NCBI RefSeq assembly: GCF_006345805.1
Contig: NC_043007.1
Location: 63,178,001 to 63,242,000, forward strand
DNA from: Octopus sinensis
Taxonomy: Eukaryota
Length of the DNA: 64,000 bases
Reading direction: 5' to 3'
A program made the position numbers and the translations under genes. This document shows positions 39,470 through 51,607 of this stretch, one piece after another; positions within the stretch are counted from its first letter, which is position 1; each line of letters begins with the position of its first letter. The notes below the pieces were generated by a model, which saw only the letters and a program-made list of their open reading frames with translations, searched no databases and was not told the origin of the DNA.

Positions 39470-40830
39470 CATCTACCTTTTATTCTGAGCGAGAGGTCCT
39501 TTGTCACCAGCAGAGGTATTCTTATTCTAGCAGCTACACTTTCAACGCACCCTCCCCCGCTACTGACTTGGTCACCTAGGTAGTGGAAGCTATCAACTAC
39601 TTCTAGTTTTTCTTCCTGGAATGTGGCAGAAGTTGTTCTCTGTGCATTTTCAGTGTTTATTGCTCCTGAGCATCTGCCACAGACGAAAACTATCTTCCCA
39701 GTAAGCCTTCCTTTGATATTACTGCACCTCTTATGTGTCCATAGCTTACACTGGGTACATCTTATAGAGTTTCTACCTATGCCTCTACTTCAGATTGAGC
39801 AGGGCCATCTACCTGAAGGGATTCGTGGTTTGCCTGCCTTCCTACTTATTAGGACTTTGGTTTTAGTTAGGTTGACTCTAAGGCCCTTCGATTCTAATCC
39901 TTGTTTCCACACTTGAAACTTCTCCTCTAGTTCTGATAGTGACTCAGCAATTAGAGCAAGGTCATCAGCATAGAGGAGCTCCCAGGGGCATCCTGTCTTG
40001 AATTCCTCTGTAATTGTCTGGAGGACTATGATAAATAGGAGGGGGCTGAAGACTAAACTTTGGTGGACCCCTACCTCTACCCAGGATTCTTCAATGTACT
40101 CGTTGCCAACCCTCACCTTACTGACAGTGTCCCTGTACATGGCTTGCACAGCTCTCACTAACCATTCATCTATCCCTAGTTTCCTCATTGACCACCAGAT
40201 GTCAAAGGCTTTCTCCATGTCAACAAAAGCCAAGTACAGGGGCTTATCTTTGGCTAGGTATTTCTCCTGCAGCTGTCGTACCAGAAATATAGCATCAGTG
40301 GTGCTTTTCCCTGGCACGAAACCAAACTGCATCTCATCCAAACTGACTCTCTCCCTAATTAGTTGGGTTATGACCCTCTCCGTGACCTTCATTACCTGAT
40401 CCAACAGCTTGATACCTCTAATTATTTATATCTAAAGCGTCACCTTTACCTTTGTAGCAGTTGACTATTATGCTGCAACACCAGTCATTGGGTATGACTC
40501 CTTCGTGTATCACCTGGTTAACTATATGGGTGACTAGGCTATAGCCGACACTGCCAGATATTTTGAGCATCTCTGCAGTAATTCCTGATGGGCCGGAGGC
40601 TTTCCCTGTCTTCATACTCTTAATTGCTTTATCTACCAAGGTACTATCAACTCGGATAGCTGGTCCCTCTGTTGGGTCAACATTCAGCAGACTTTCTTTC
40701 TCCCATTCATTTTCTTTATTCAGCAACCTTTCATAGGGGCGTCTCCAAACCTCTCTATTTGCAGCCTCATTTTGCGCAAGTGAACCATCATCCATGCAAA
40801 CACATTTCTCTCCTACAACATCACGATTCT
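39470..40830 (-). mobile_element. RTE LINE fragment (RT), 3' end missing
   Basis: ORFs 39790-40404 (QFGFVPGKSTTDAIF, DMEKAFD, YADD) and 40418-40906. Confidence 0.93.
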
Positions 40831-40867
40831 CTATATATACATATATATAATACATACATATATAATG

Positions 40868-40903
<36 letters not shown>

Positions 40904-40984
40904 CATACATATATATATGTATATATATATTATATATATATATTATATATATATATATATACATATATATATGTATATATTATA

Positions 40985-41022
<38 letters not shown>

Positions 41023-41054
41023 CATACATATATATATGTATATATATATATAAT

Positions 41055-41088
<34 letters not shown>

Positions 41089-41160
41089 CATACATATATA
41101 TAATGTATATATATATATATATTATATATATATATATATATATACATACATATATATATG

Positions 41161-41194
<34 letters not shown>

Positions 41195-41274
41195 ATACAT
41201 ACATATATATATGTATATATATATATATATATATTAATATATATATATATATATATATACATACATACATACAC

Positions 41275-41363
<89 letters not shown>

Positions 41364-41518
41364 CACACATATATACATACATACATACTATATATATATA
41401 CACACACATATATACATACATACATATATACATATATATATATTATACACACATATATACATACATACATACATATATACATATATATATATACACACAC
41501 ACATATATACATATATAA

Positions 41519-41550
<32 letters not shown>

Positions 41551-41666
41551 CACACACATATATACATACATACATATATACATACATACATATATATACA
41601 CACACACATATATACATACATACATACATATATACATATATATTATATATATATACACACACATAT

Positions 41667-41720
<54 letters not shown>
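40830..41720. repeat. Compound (TA)n/(TACA)n/(CA)n microsatellite
   Basis: Direct reading; source of the YI-rich spurious ORFs. Confidence 0.97.
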
Positions 41721-41721
<1 letters not shown>

Positions 41722-41845
41722 CAGCCGAAATTTGCTATGATGATTCGGTGTCTGACTGAAGATTGAAGGCTTCGAATGATTTGTCTATGTTCCGTGTTTG
41801 TCCCTTTCTGTATTTCACGTTCTTTATATATAAAACATTTATTCT

Positions 41846-41889
<44 letters not shown>

Positions 41890-42082
41890 TATATATACAT
41901 ATATACATATATATATATTAAATTAGAAAAAAAACACCTTTTATCAATTCAAAATGAACAATTAAATTACACCATCTAGAAAATTACATATAATAGAAAA
42001 ATTAAAATTAAAATAACAATAAAATGTAAAGATTAAGTAAATTGCAAAAAATAATAATAAAAACGTATATAATAGGTAGAAA

Positions 42083-42169
42083 AACGACACGTGTTTCATG
42101 GCTATATTTAAGAAATGATTATAGTAGTAGAGAAATCACTTCAATATAAATATAGTCACTCATTAAGTT
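42083..42169 (-). ncRNA. Degenerate type I hammerhead ribozyme in a Penelope-like AT-rich repeat
   Basis: Minus strand: aac-ttaatga(2 mismatches to CUGAUGA)-long stem II-GAAA-c-acgt-g-TC-gtt, with palindromic minimal stem III acacgtgt. Confidence 0.55.
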
Positions 42170-42544
42170 AAAAATAAACTAGAACAATACAATAATTAAT
42201 TAATAAATCTACTTTAATATATATATGAAAATCCTTATATAAATTTAATATATATATGAAATATATATATATTTAATATATATATGAAAAATAAAATAAT
42301 ACTTAAAAAATTAAATACTTTAAAATTAAATAAAATACACAAAGCTAGTACAAGTCATTAAACTGTAATCAAAATAAGAAATGTTTCAAATATAGACAAA
42401 CTCCTTAAATAAGCTAATCATATAATAAATATACATGTGTAGTATCTATAGATTTAATATAACAATCTAAAACAAAGTTGACTAAATATCAAATAATATA
42501 ATACCTAATTAACTTAAAATTTAATATTACAAATACATAAGCCA

Positions 42545-42609
<65 letters not shown>

Positions 42610-43199
42610 ATATAATAAATATTATAATAAAAAAAAAAGAGAGAAAGATATATTTAATATCTATCGTAACTAATATCTATCAAAATATATAAAAAGATAT
42701 AAGAGTGAGAATAATATGTTAATGGAAAGTAAGAAAACCTATCAACCCCATATTAAAGAAAGATGCAAAAATATTAGAACAAAAAGAACAATACACTATG
42801 AAGATGTACAATCACAATCACCAGTCCTCTACCAAACCAGTCAATAACAATAATAACGACAATCAAAGTCAAAATAATAGCAAAATCTAACTAATATTGA
42901 TAAGCAAACTAAATTACTAAGTTCAACGATTCTGTTAATCTATCTAGATTTTAAATGTATCAATATGATAAGCGTCTAATTAATATACTCAATCGATTCC
43001 ATTCATGAATAAATACAATCTAAAATTTGAAAAAGTACAAATATATTCAAATCCATTATATAAACTCTTTATATTAATATCCATGTATAATATCTATAGA
43101 TTTAATATATCACACGATAAAAAATTAGATAATGTTTTCATTGAATAGTATTATTTCTAAATAAACTAGTTTTTATTTTAATATAAAGTTTAACTTTTT

Positions 43200-43243
43200 T
43201 AACACATACATATGCACATACATATATACATACATATACACAT

Positions 43244-43296
<53 letters not shown>

Positions 43297-43630
43297 CACA
43301 TACATATATACACACATATATATACATGTATATATATATATACATATATACATACATATATACATACATAAAACATACATACACATATATATATACTACA
43401 TATATACATACATGTATCTATATATACATTATATATATATATTATATATATATATATATATATACAATACATACATATATACATACATATATACATACAT
43501 TATGTGTATATATATATATATATACATAGATACATTCATATATATATACATGTATATATATATATACATACATATATATATATACATATATATATATACA
43601 TATACATATACATACATATATATATATAAA
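43200..43630. repeat. Compound TA/TACA microsatellite
   Basis: Direct reading. Confidence 0.97.
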
Positions 43631-43631
43631 A

Positions 43632-44146
43632 GGTAGTGGGTAGCGAACTTCTTCACTACTTCAGGGAGTGACGACCCTGCCTGACACGAGTTCCGGGCTC
43701 AGCTGGCTCCGGCTGACAGTACCCCGTATGGGCCCCTATCAAGGGTTACGGAAAGGAGACAACCTTCAAGGAAATCCGGAGTGGAGCCCCGAAGGCGGTC
43801 TAGTGTTCGACTCGACACTCTTCCGGCAGCTCCTGCAACCAAGCTGGTGCCAAACGTAATGCACTGCACTCCACTGGACTACATCAGCAAGGTCGAGAGA
43901 GGAAACCTGACGATTGGGCTACCCAGGACTTTCTTATCTATAGCCCAGGCCTGCGCAAAACTGGAGAGGACACTTCAGTGCCTCTGTAAAAAGCTGCAGA
44001 AACAACACGGGAGGTAACAGTCACGAGTGAGATAGGACTACACAGCCACAGCAGGAAATGTATCAGGACATGAAATATAAAAGCCGAACTAGACTACTTT
44101 ATGCGCAACTCCATTGTCTCCCGAGACAGAAAGGATGCCAACCAAA
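43632..44146 (+). mobile_element. Bipartite non-autonomous RTE (5' UTR fused to 3' end)
   Basis: GC/CpG-rich RTE-type 5' UTR motifs (aaatccggagtggagcccc, ttccggcagctcctgcaaccaagctggtgccaaacgta), then ORF end [11 protein letters not shown] (~44028-44061) and RTE-type 3' end ccattgtctcccgagacagaaaggatgccaa. Motif assignment is from recall. Confidence 0.7.
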
Positions 44147-44182
44147 TATATATATATACATATACATATATATATACATATA

Positions 44183-44222
<40 letters not shown>

Positions 44223-44435
44223 CATATATATACATATATACATACATATACATATATACATACATATATATACATATATATATACATATACATATACATA
44301 TATATATACATATACATACATATATATATACATATACATACATATATATACATATATATATACATATACATACATATATACATACATATACATATATACA
44401 TACATATATATACATATATATATACATATACATAC

Positions 44436-44480
<45 letters not shown>

Positions 44481-45861
44481 CATATATATATACATATATA
44501 TACATATACGTACATATATACATACAAATATATATATACATATACATACATATATACATACATATATATACATATATATATATACATATACATACATATA
44601 TACATACATATATATACATATATATATATACATATATACATATACATACATATATATATATATAAATATACATGCATATATATATATATTCATATACATG
44701 CATATATATATATATTCATATACATGCATATATATATATATTCATATACATATATACATATACATACATATATACTACATATATATATATTATACTATAT
44801 ACATCCATATATATATATATAACATATATACATATATCTACATATATACATACATATATATATATAATATATATATATACACATATATCATACATACATA
44901 CATACTATATATACATATATATATACAACATACATATATATATATACCTACATAATATTATATACATACATACATATATATTATACATATATATATATAC
45001 ATACATACATATATACTATACATTCCATATATATATATACATACATACATATATACATACATATATATATACATACATACATATATATACATATACATAC
45101 ATATCTATATAATATACATATCATACATACATATATATATATATATACATATATACATACATATATATATACATATATACATACATATATATACATATAT
45201 ACATACATACATATATATATATACCATATATACATACATACATATGATATATCATATATACATACTATACATATATATACATATATACATACATACATAT
45301 ATATACATATATACATACATACATATATATATACATATATACATACATACATATATATATATACTATATACATACATACATATAATATAACATCTACATA
45401 CATATCATCATACATACATATATATATATACATATATACATACATACATATATATATATACATATATACATACTACAATATATATATACATATATACATA
45501 CATACATATATATATATACATATATACTACATACATATATATATATACATATATATATACCATATATATATACATATATATATAACACTATATATATATA
45601 CATATATATATATACATTATACATACATATATCATACATATATACATCATATATATATATACATATATACATATATACATATTATATATATACATATAAT
45701 ATATACATATATTATATATATACATATATATATATATTATACATATAATTAACATATACATACATATATATATATATACATATATCTATACATACATATA
45801 TAATATACCTACATATACATACATACTATATACATACATATACATACATACATATACATTC

Positions 45862-45901
<40 letters not shown>

Positions 45902-45955
45902 ATACATATATATATACACATATATATATACATATATATATATACATATATATAT
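44146..45955. repeat. ~1.8 kb compound (TA)/(TACA) microsatellite
   Basis: Direct reading. Confidence 0.97.
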
Positions 45956-47866
45956 CATCATCATCATCATTTAGCGTCCGCTTTCCATGCTAGCATGGTT
46001 GGACGGTTCAACTGGGGTCTGTGAAGCCAGAAGGCTGCATCAGGCCCAGTCTGATCTGGCAGTGTTTCTACGGCTGGATGCCCTTCCTAACGCCAACCAC
46101 TCCGTGAGTGTAGTGGGTGCTTTTTACATGCCACCCGCACAGGTGTCAGACGGAGCTGGCAAATGGCCACGGACGGATGGTGCTTTTTACGTGCCAGGCG
46201 AGGCTGGAAACGGCCACGAACGGATGGTGCTACGTGCCACCGGCACGGGGGCCAGGCAAGGCTGGCAACAGCCACGAACAGATGGTTCGCTTACTTGTCA
46301 CCGGCACTGGTATCAGAGCTGCAATTTCCATTGGTGTTGATCGACTTCGATTTTGGTTCTGCTTTCTGATATCTGATTTGATTTGGTTTGATTTTGATTT
46401 TCACTTGCCTAAATGGGTCTTCACAAGTGGAGTTTTGTGTCCCAAGAGGGAAAGGTATGTATAAGTCGACTGGCTATATACCAGGTAGAGGCCACGGGTT
46501 ATGGTCTCACTAGTCTTGCCGGGTCTTCTCACGCACAGCATACTTCCATAGGTCTCGGTCTCTAGTCATTTCCTTGGTGAGACCTAAAGTTCGAAGGTCG
46601 TGCTTCACCACCTCGTCCCAGGTTTTCCTGGGTCTACCTCTTCCACAGGTTCCCTCAACTGCTAGGGTGTGGCACTTTTGCACACAACTATCTTCAGCCA
46701 TTCTTGTCACATGACCATACCAGCGCAAACATCTCTCTTGCACACCACAACTGATGCTTCTTAGGTCCAACTTTTCTCTCAAGGTACTTACACTCTGTCG
46801 ATTATGAACACTGACATTACACATCCATCGGAGCATACAGGCTTCATTACGCATATCCTCAGCAGTCACAGCCCATGTTTCACTACCATGTAGCATGGCT
46901 GTACGTACACATGCATCATACAGTCTGCCATTTACTCTGAGCGAGAGGCCTTTTGTCACCAGCAGGGGTAAGAGCACTCTAAACTTTGCCCAGGCTATTT
47001 TTACTCTAGCAGGTACACTTTCAGCACACCCACCACCGCTACTGACTTGGTCACCTAGGTAGCGGAAGCTATCAACTACTTCTAGTTTTTCTCCCTGGAA
47101 CGTGGTAGAAGTTGGTCTCTGCACATTTTCAGTGTTTATTGCTCCTGAGCATCTGCCACAGACAAAAACCTATTTTCTAGTTTAGCTTCCTTTGACATTT
47201 CTGCACCTCTTATGTGTCCATAGCTTACACTTGGTGCACCTTATAGAGTTTCTACCTACACCTTTTTTACAGATCGAGCAGGGCCATCTACCTGAAGGCG
47301 TTTGTGATTGGTCTACCTTCCTACTTATTAGGACTTTGGTTTTGTCTAGGTTGATTCTAAGGCCCTTCAATTCTAATCCTTGCTTCCACACCTGAAACTT
47401 CTCCAGTTCTGATAGTGACTCAGCAATTAGAGCAAGGTCATCAGCATAGAGGAGCTCCCAGGGGCATCCTGTCTTGAATTCCTCCGTTATTGCCTGGAGG
47501 GCTATGATAAATAGGAGGGGACTGAGGACTGAACCTTGGTGGACCCCTACCTCTACCTGGAATTCTTCACTGTACTCGTTGCCAACCCTCACCTTACTAG
47601 CAGCGTCTCTGTACATGGCTCGCACAGCTCTCACTAACCATTCATCTATCCCTAATTTCCTCATTGACCACCAGATAAGGGATCGAGGGACCCTGTCGAA
47701 GGCTTTCTCCATGTCAACAAAAGCCAGGTACAGGGGCTTATCTTTGGCTAGGTATTTCTCCTGCAGCTGTCTTACCAGGAATATAGCATCTCATCTAAGC
47801 TAACTCTCTCTCTAATTAGTTGGGCTATAACCCTCTCCGTAACCTTCATTACCTGATCCAGCAGCT

Positions 47867-47870
<4 letters not shown>
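45955..47870 (-). mobile_element. Relatively young 5'-truncated RTE LINE with complete 3' UTR and (ATG)n tail
   Basis: ORFs 47182-47712 (KAFD, GVHQGSVLSPLLF, YADD, WPCSICKKGVGRNSIRCTKCKLWTHKRC) and 46510-47124 (FRYLG, LRWYGHV, RGRPRKTW). 3' UTR has tandem units; the tail reads catcatcat on +. Confidence 0.95.
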
Positions 47871-47905
<35 letters not shown>

Positions 47906-47983
47906 CATACATATATCTACAGCTGACTGGTTTAGCTGTTGCTTTAGTACCCAGTCAAAGTGCTGCAGCAACTATGTGAGGCA

Positions 47984-48083
47984 NNNNNNNNNNNNNNNNN
48001 NNNNNNNNNNNNNNNNNNNNNNNNNNNNNNNNNNNNNNNNNNNNNNNNNNNNNNNNNNNNNNNNNNNNNNNNNNNNNNNNNNN
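47984..48083. other. Assembly gap (100 N)
   Basis: Run of N inside ATXN3 intron 1. Confidence 1.
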
Positions 48084-48090
48084 ACACGTG

Positions 48091-48124
<34 letters not shown>

Positions 48125-48804
48125 TATATATATATATATATATGCATTTATGAGTACGTTACCCAGACATAGGAATTCCCACATATCTATAATTGCACCG
48201 CTATTGGTGGATAACAATTAATGAGGTGTGCTATTTTCTATTCGATGAAAATATCAATAATATAACCTTAATGGGTTGTTCTGGACGTCCCTTCCAACAA
48301 ATGAGCTTTCTAAATTATCACAGACATTGTCACATGCAGAGAGAGTGAGAGAAAACCATTCTTTATTTATTTAGAAGAGCGCTTCGAGCTTTACAGTAAA
48401 CAAAGTTTAGCGTCGTTTTAAGACTTACAGTTACGACACATTAATAAATATGTTTTATGAACTAACTTCAAATTTATTTAATTACTTTTCTTTGCTTTTC
48501 TGATGAATGTTTATCTGAACTTATTATTATGGTGATCATTCTTCTAGAATGATTTAGTTCTTTACACCCACCTCTTACGTTTTTTTTTTTTATTTTATCT
48601 TTCTGCAGAGGGACATATACCGGAGTGAAATAAGACTAGACACAATTTTTAAAAAAATAAACTAATCATTCTAAATAGGAATTTTATAATAATATCTTGA
48701 ATTCATTGTTATAGAAATATAATCTAGATATAAACTGCTTTTGCTGTTCCTCTGTAAGGAAGGGCGTCTTAAAAGATGGGTTAAAATACCAGAAGAATAT
48801 TTAC

Positions 48805-48828
48805 CTTTTCGAAAACGATCGCCTCCAT
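48805..48828 (-). CDS. ATXN3: Ataxin-3 exon 1 (coding part)
   Basis: Reverse complement ATG GAG GCG ATC GTT TTC GAA AAG|gtaa = MEAIVFEK (human MESIFHEK, same 24-nt coding first exon). Confidence 0.88.
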
Positions 48829-49184
48829 CAGTTCTCTCAATATGTGGAATTTAGTTGTCTGCCCTTGTTTCTGGGCTTTTCTAGATTTTGATTTTTTCAG
48901 TTTTTTTGGTTCTTTTTTCTTGCAGATTTTACTTTTTCATTCACTTCAGTTTGCGTTTACATTCGTATTACTTCCACGCACGACGCACGCTCACACAGAC
49001 ACATGTATGTATGTATATACATATATATATATATATTTATATATATATATATACACACACACACAAATACATACATACATATATTATATGTATGTGTGTG
49101 TGTGTGTATATTTATATATATATATATTTACATATATATTTATGTGTATATATACTAATTATACGCGAAGGTAAAGGACGTGTA

Positions 49185-49955
49185 CACCCCCTCCATTTCC
49201 TGTGTTTTTGTTTTTTCTTCTTCAAATTTTTTTTCGGATCTCTGTTTTCGATATAGGAGAATACGATTTTTCCCAAAAATCACGTTTTCAAAATTTTAAT
49301 TTCTCCTTCCCCTACCTCCACCCCAATTTCGTTTTTTTTTTTTTCAAATACCCGTAGAAAAATTGAGATTACGAATCTGGAAATTTTTTAAAAATTTTAA
49401 TCATTCTTTAGGAAACACTCAATGTCCTTTCCTCTACCTGACCCATCCATCACCTCCCCGCTTTCAAAAAACTAAAAACTCAGAATGTTTCACTTTCGTC
49501 TGATGTTTCACGCATGCGTAGAATTCTACTGAAATAGCAGACGTCAAAAATATCAGATCACCACCAGAAAACCCGGCATGCTAGAAACAACAGGTAAATA
49601 ACATTACTTCTGGAAAAACTTACCCACTTTCTAAAGAGCTAAAATTGAAACATTCGGAGTTTTTAGCTTTTTGTAAGTGGGGAGTTGATGGGTGATGGAG
49701 GTTGGGGAAGGGGATTTGAGTGTTTCTTTAAGAAAAACTTTTTAAAAAATTCTTCAAGATTCGCAATCTCTGTATTTTTTGTACACGGATTACAGAAAAA
49801 AAAATTTCAAACAAAGTTAAAAATGTAAAACTTGGGATGAGGAGAGGGAAAGCAAAATTTTGAAAATGTGTTTTTGGGGCAAAATCCTAATCTCTTATAT
49901 CTAAAACATAGAAAACCCAAAAAATTTTGAGGAAAAATACGTGGAGCGGGGGGCG
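49185..49955. mobile_element. Foldback/MITE-like element with ~310-bp imperfect inverted arms upstream of ATXN3
   Basis: Paired motifs: cacgttttcaaaatttt/aaaattttgaaaatgtg, gagattacgaatct/agattcgcaatctc, gaaacactcaa/ttgagtgtttc, ctaaaaactcagaatgtttca/tgaaacattcggagtttttag. Related pieces at ~36730-36960. Confidence 0.7.
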
Positions 49956-50107
49956 CAAATTAGCCAATAATCTTTTTTAAAATATTCCACCCCTACCCCA
50001 CTAATTCTAAAACTTTCCACTGCTTTTTGACTTTTTGACTTAAAATACAGACAGTCCGATTCTGCCATTCGTTTCTCTTTATAATTTCCAAATAATTTTT
50101 TAGATAC

Positions 50108-50315
50108 TTGCAGCATGGGAGGTGTTTATAAGCCATTTAAAAACACACAAAAACTCTTAGATTCACTTCAACATTTAAATTTAATTTGCCAAAATATTTT
50201 CATCGCTTTGAGACCGTGACGAAAATATTTTGGCAAATTAAATTTAAATGTTGAAGTGAATCCAATGGTTTTTGTGTGTTTCTTAAATGGCTTATAAACA
50301 CCTTCCATGCTGCAA
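50108..50315. repeat. ~208-bp near-perfect palindrome (94/95-bp arms)
   Basis: ttgcagcatggg...gccaaaatattttc / gaaaatattttggc...ccatgctgcaa around a 19-nt centre. Confidence 0.92.
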
Positions 50316-50879
50316 TTGTTTTTGTTTCAGCACACGATCACTTGCATAGTAAGTGACGGTCAGGTTACTTGCTGTGCAAGTACATCTCCATAATTTTTAA
50401 ATACTTCAAAATCAAAATTGTTGTGTGTTTGTGTAAGAGAAAATCATTTACTAACAGAAAATTATGTTATTAAAATAAATTATCTCTAACATACCTTTAA
50501 ATTGTTGCAAGAAAAACATTTACTAACGGAGAATTATGGTATGAAAATAAACTATCTGTAACATACGTTTAAATTATTGAAGATAAAAATACCTAAAACT
50601 CAAAAACTTGCCCATGAAGTGTACAATCCAAATTTCAATTTGACTGTGACCTTCTCTCTAGGGATCACTCTCATTTCTAAAAAACAAGGATCTGTTTTGT
50701 TGGAAATAAAGAGTGAGTGCGTATTATGTCATTCTTCCAATTTTCCCAGCAAAGAAGGGTCTCATCAAAAACAAAAATGACGGGTTATATACAACTTGTT
50801 TCTCATCAAAAACCAGCAACACTGGGAGTGATAATAATTTAAAGGTATTTTAGAGATAATTTACTTTAATAACTCTTTT

Positions 50880-51607
50880 TTTACTCTTTACTCTTTTATT
50901 TGTTTCAGTCATGTGACTGTGACCATGCTGGAGCACCACCTTTCGGTGAGCAAATCAACCCTAGGACTCATTCTTTGTAAGCCTAGTACTTATTCTATCG
51001 GTCTTTTTTGCCGAACTGCTAAGTTATGGGGATATAAATGCACCAGCATCAGTGTCAAATAATGTTGGGGGGACAAACACAGACACACAAACATATACAC
51101 ACACATCATCATCATCATCATTTAGCGTCCGCTTTCCATGCTAGCATGGGTTGGATGGGTCAACTGGGGTCTGTGAAGCTGGAAGGCTTCGTCAGGCCCA
51201 GTCAGATCTGGCAGTGTTTCTACGGCTGGATGCCCTTCCTAACGCCAACCACTCCGCAAGTGCAGTGGGTGTTTTTTACGTGCCACCTGCACAGGTGCCA
51301 GACAGAGCTGGCGAACGGCCACGAACAGATGGTGCTTTTACGTGTCACCGGCACGGGGCCAGGCGATGCTGGCATCGGACACGAACGGATGGTGCTTTTA
51401 CATGCCACCGACACGGGGCCAGACAGAGCTGGCCACATATATACGACAAGCTTCTTTCAGTTTAGGTCTATCAAATCCACTCACAAGGCTTTGGTTGGCC
51501 CGAGGCTATAGTAGAAGACACTTGCCCAAGGTGCCACGCAGTGGGACTGAACCCGGAACCATGTGGTTGGTAAGCAACCTACTTACCACACAGCCACTCC
51601 TACGCCT
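50880..51607 (-). mobile_element. Family B SINE with a nested RTE 3' UTR copy (51105-51435)
   Basis: The SINE halves flank catcatcat-ttagcgtccgctttccatgctagc..., inserted in the SINE's internal CA microsatellite. Confidence 0.88.

Noticed and set aside
40672-45672. Many long YI/YT/HI-rich ORFs in the ORF track
   Set aside because: Translations of TA/TACA microsatellites, which lack stops in several frames; no coding signal.
46110-46310. Repeat-spacer-like pattern suggestive of CRISPR
   Set aside because: Eukaryotic LINE 3' UTR; units are degenerate tandem repeats without unique spacers, and no cas genes are present.
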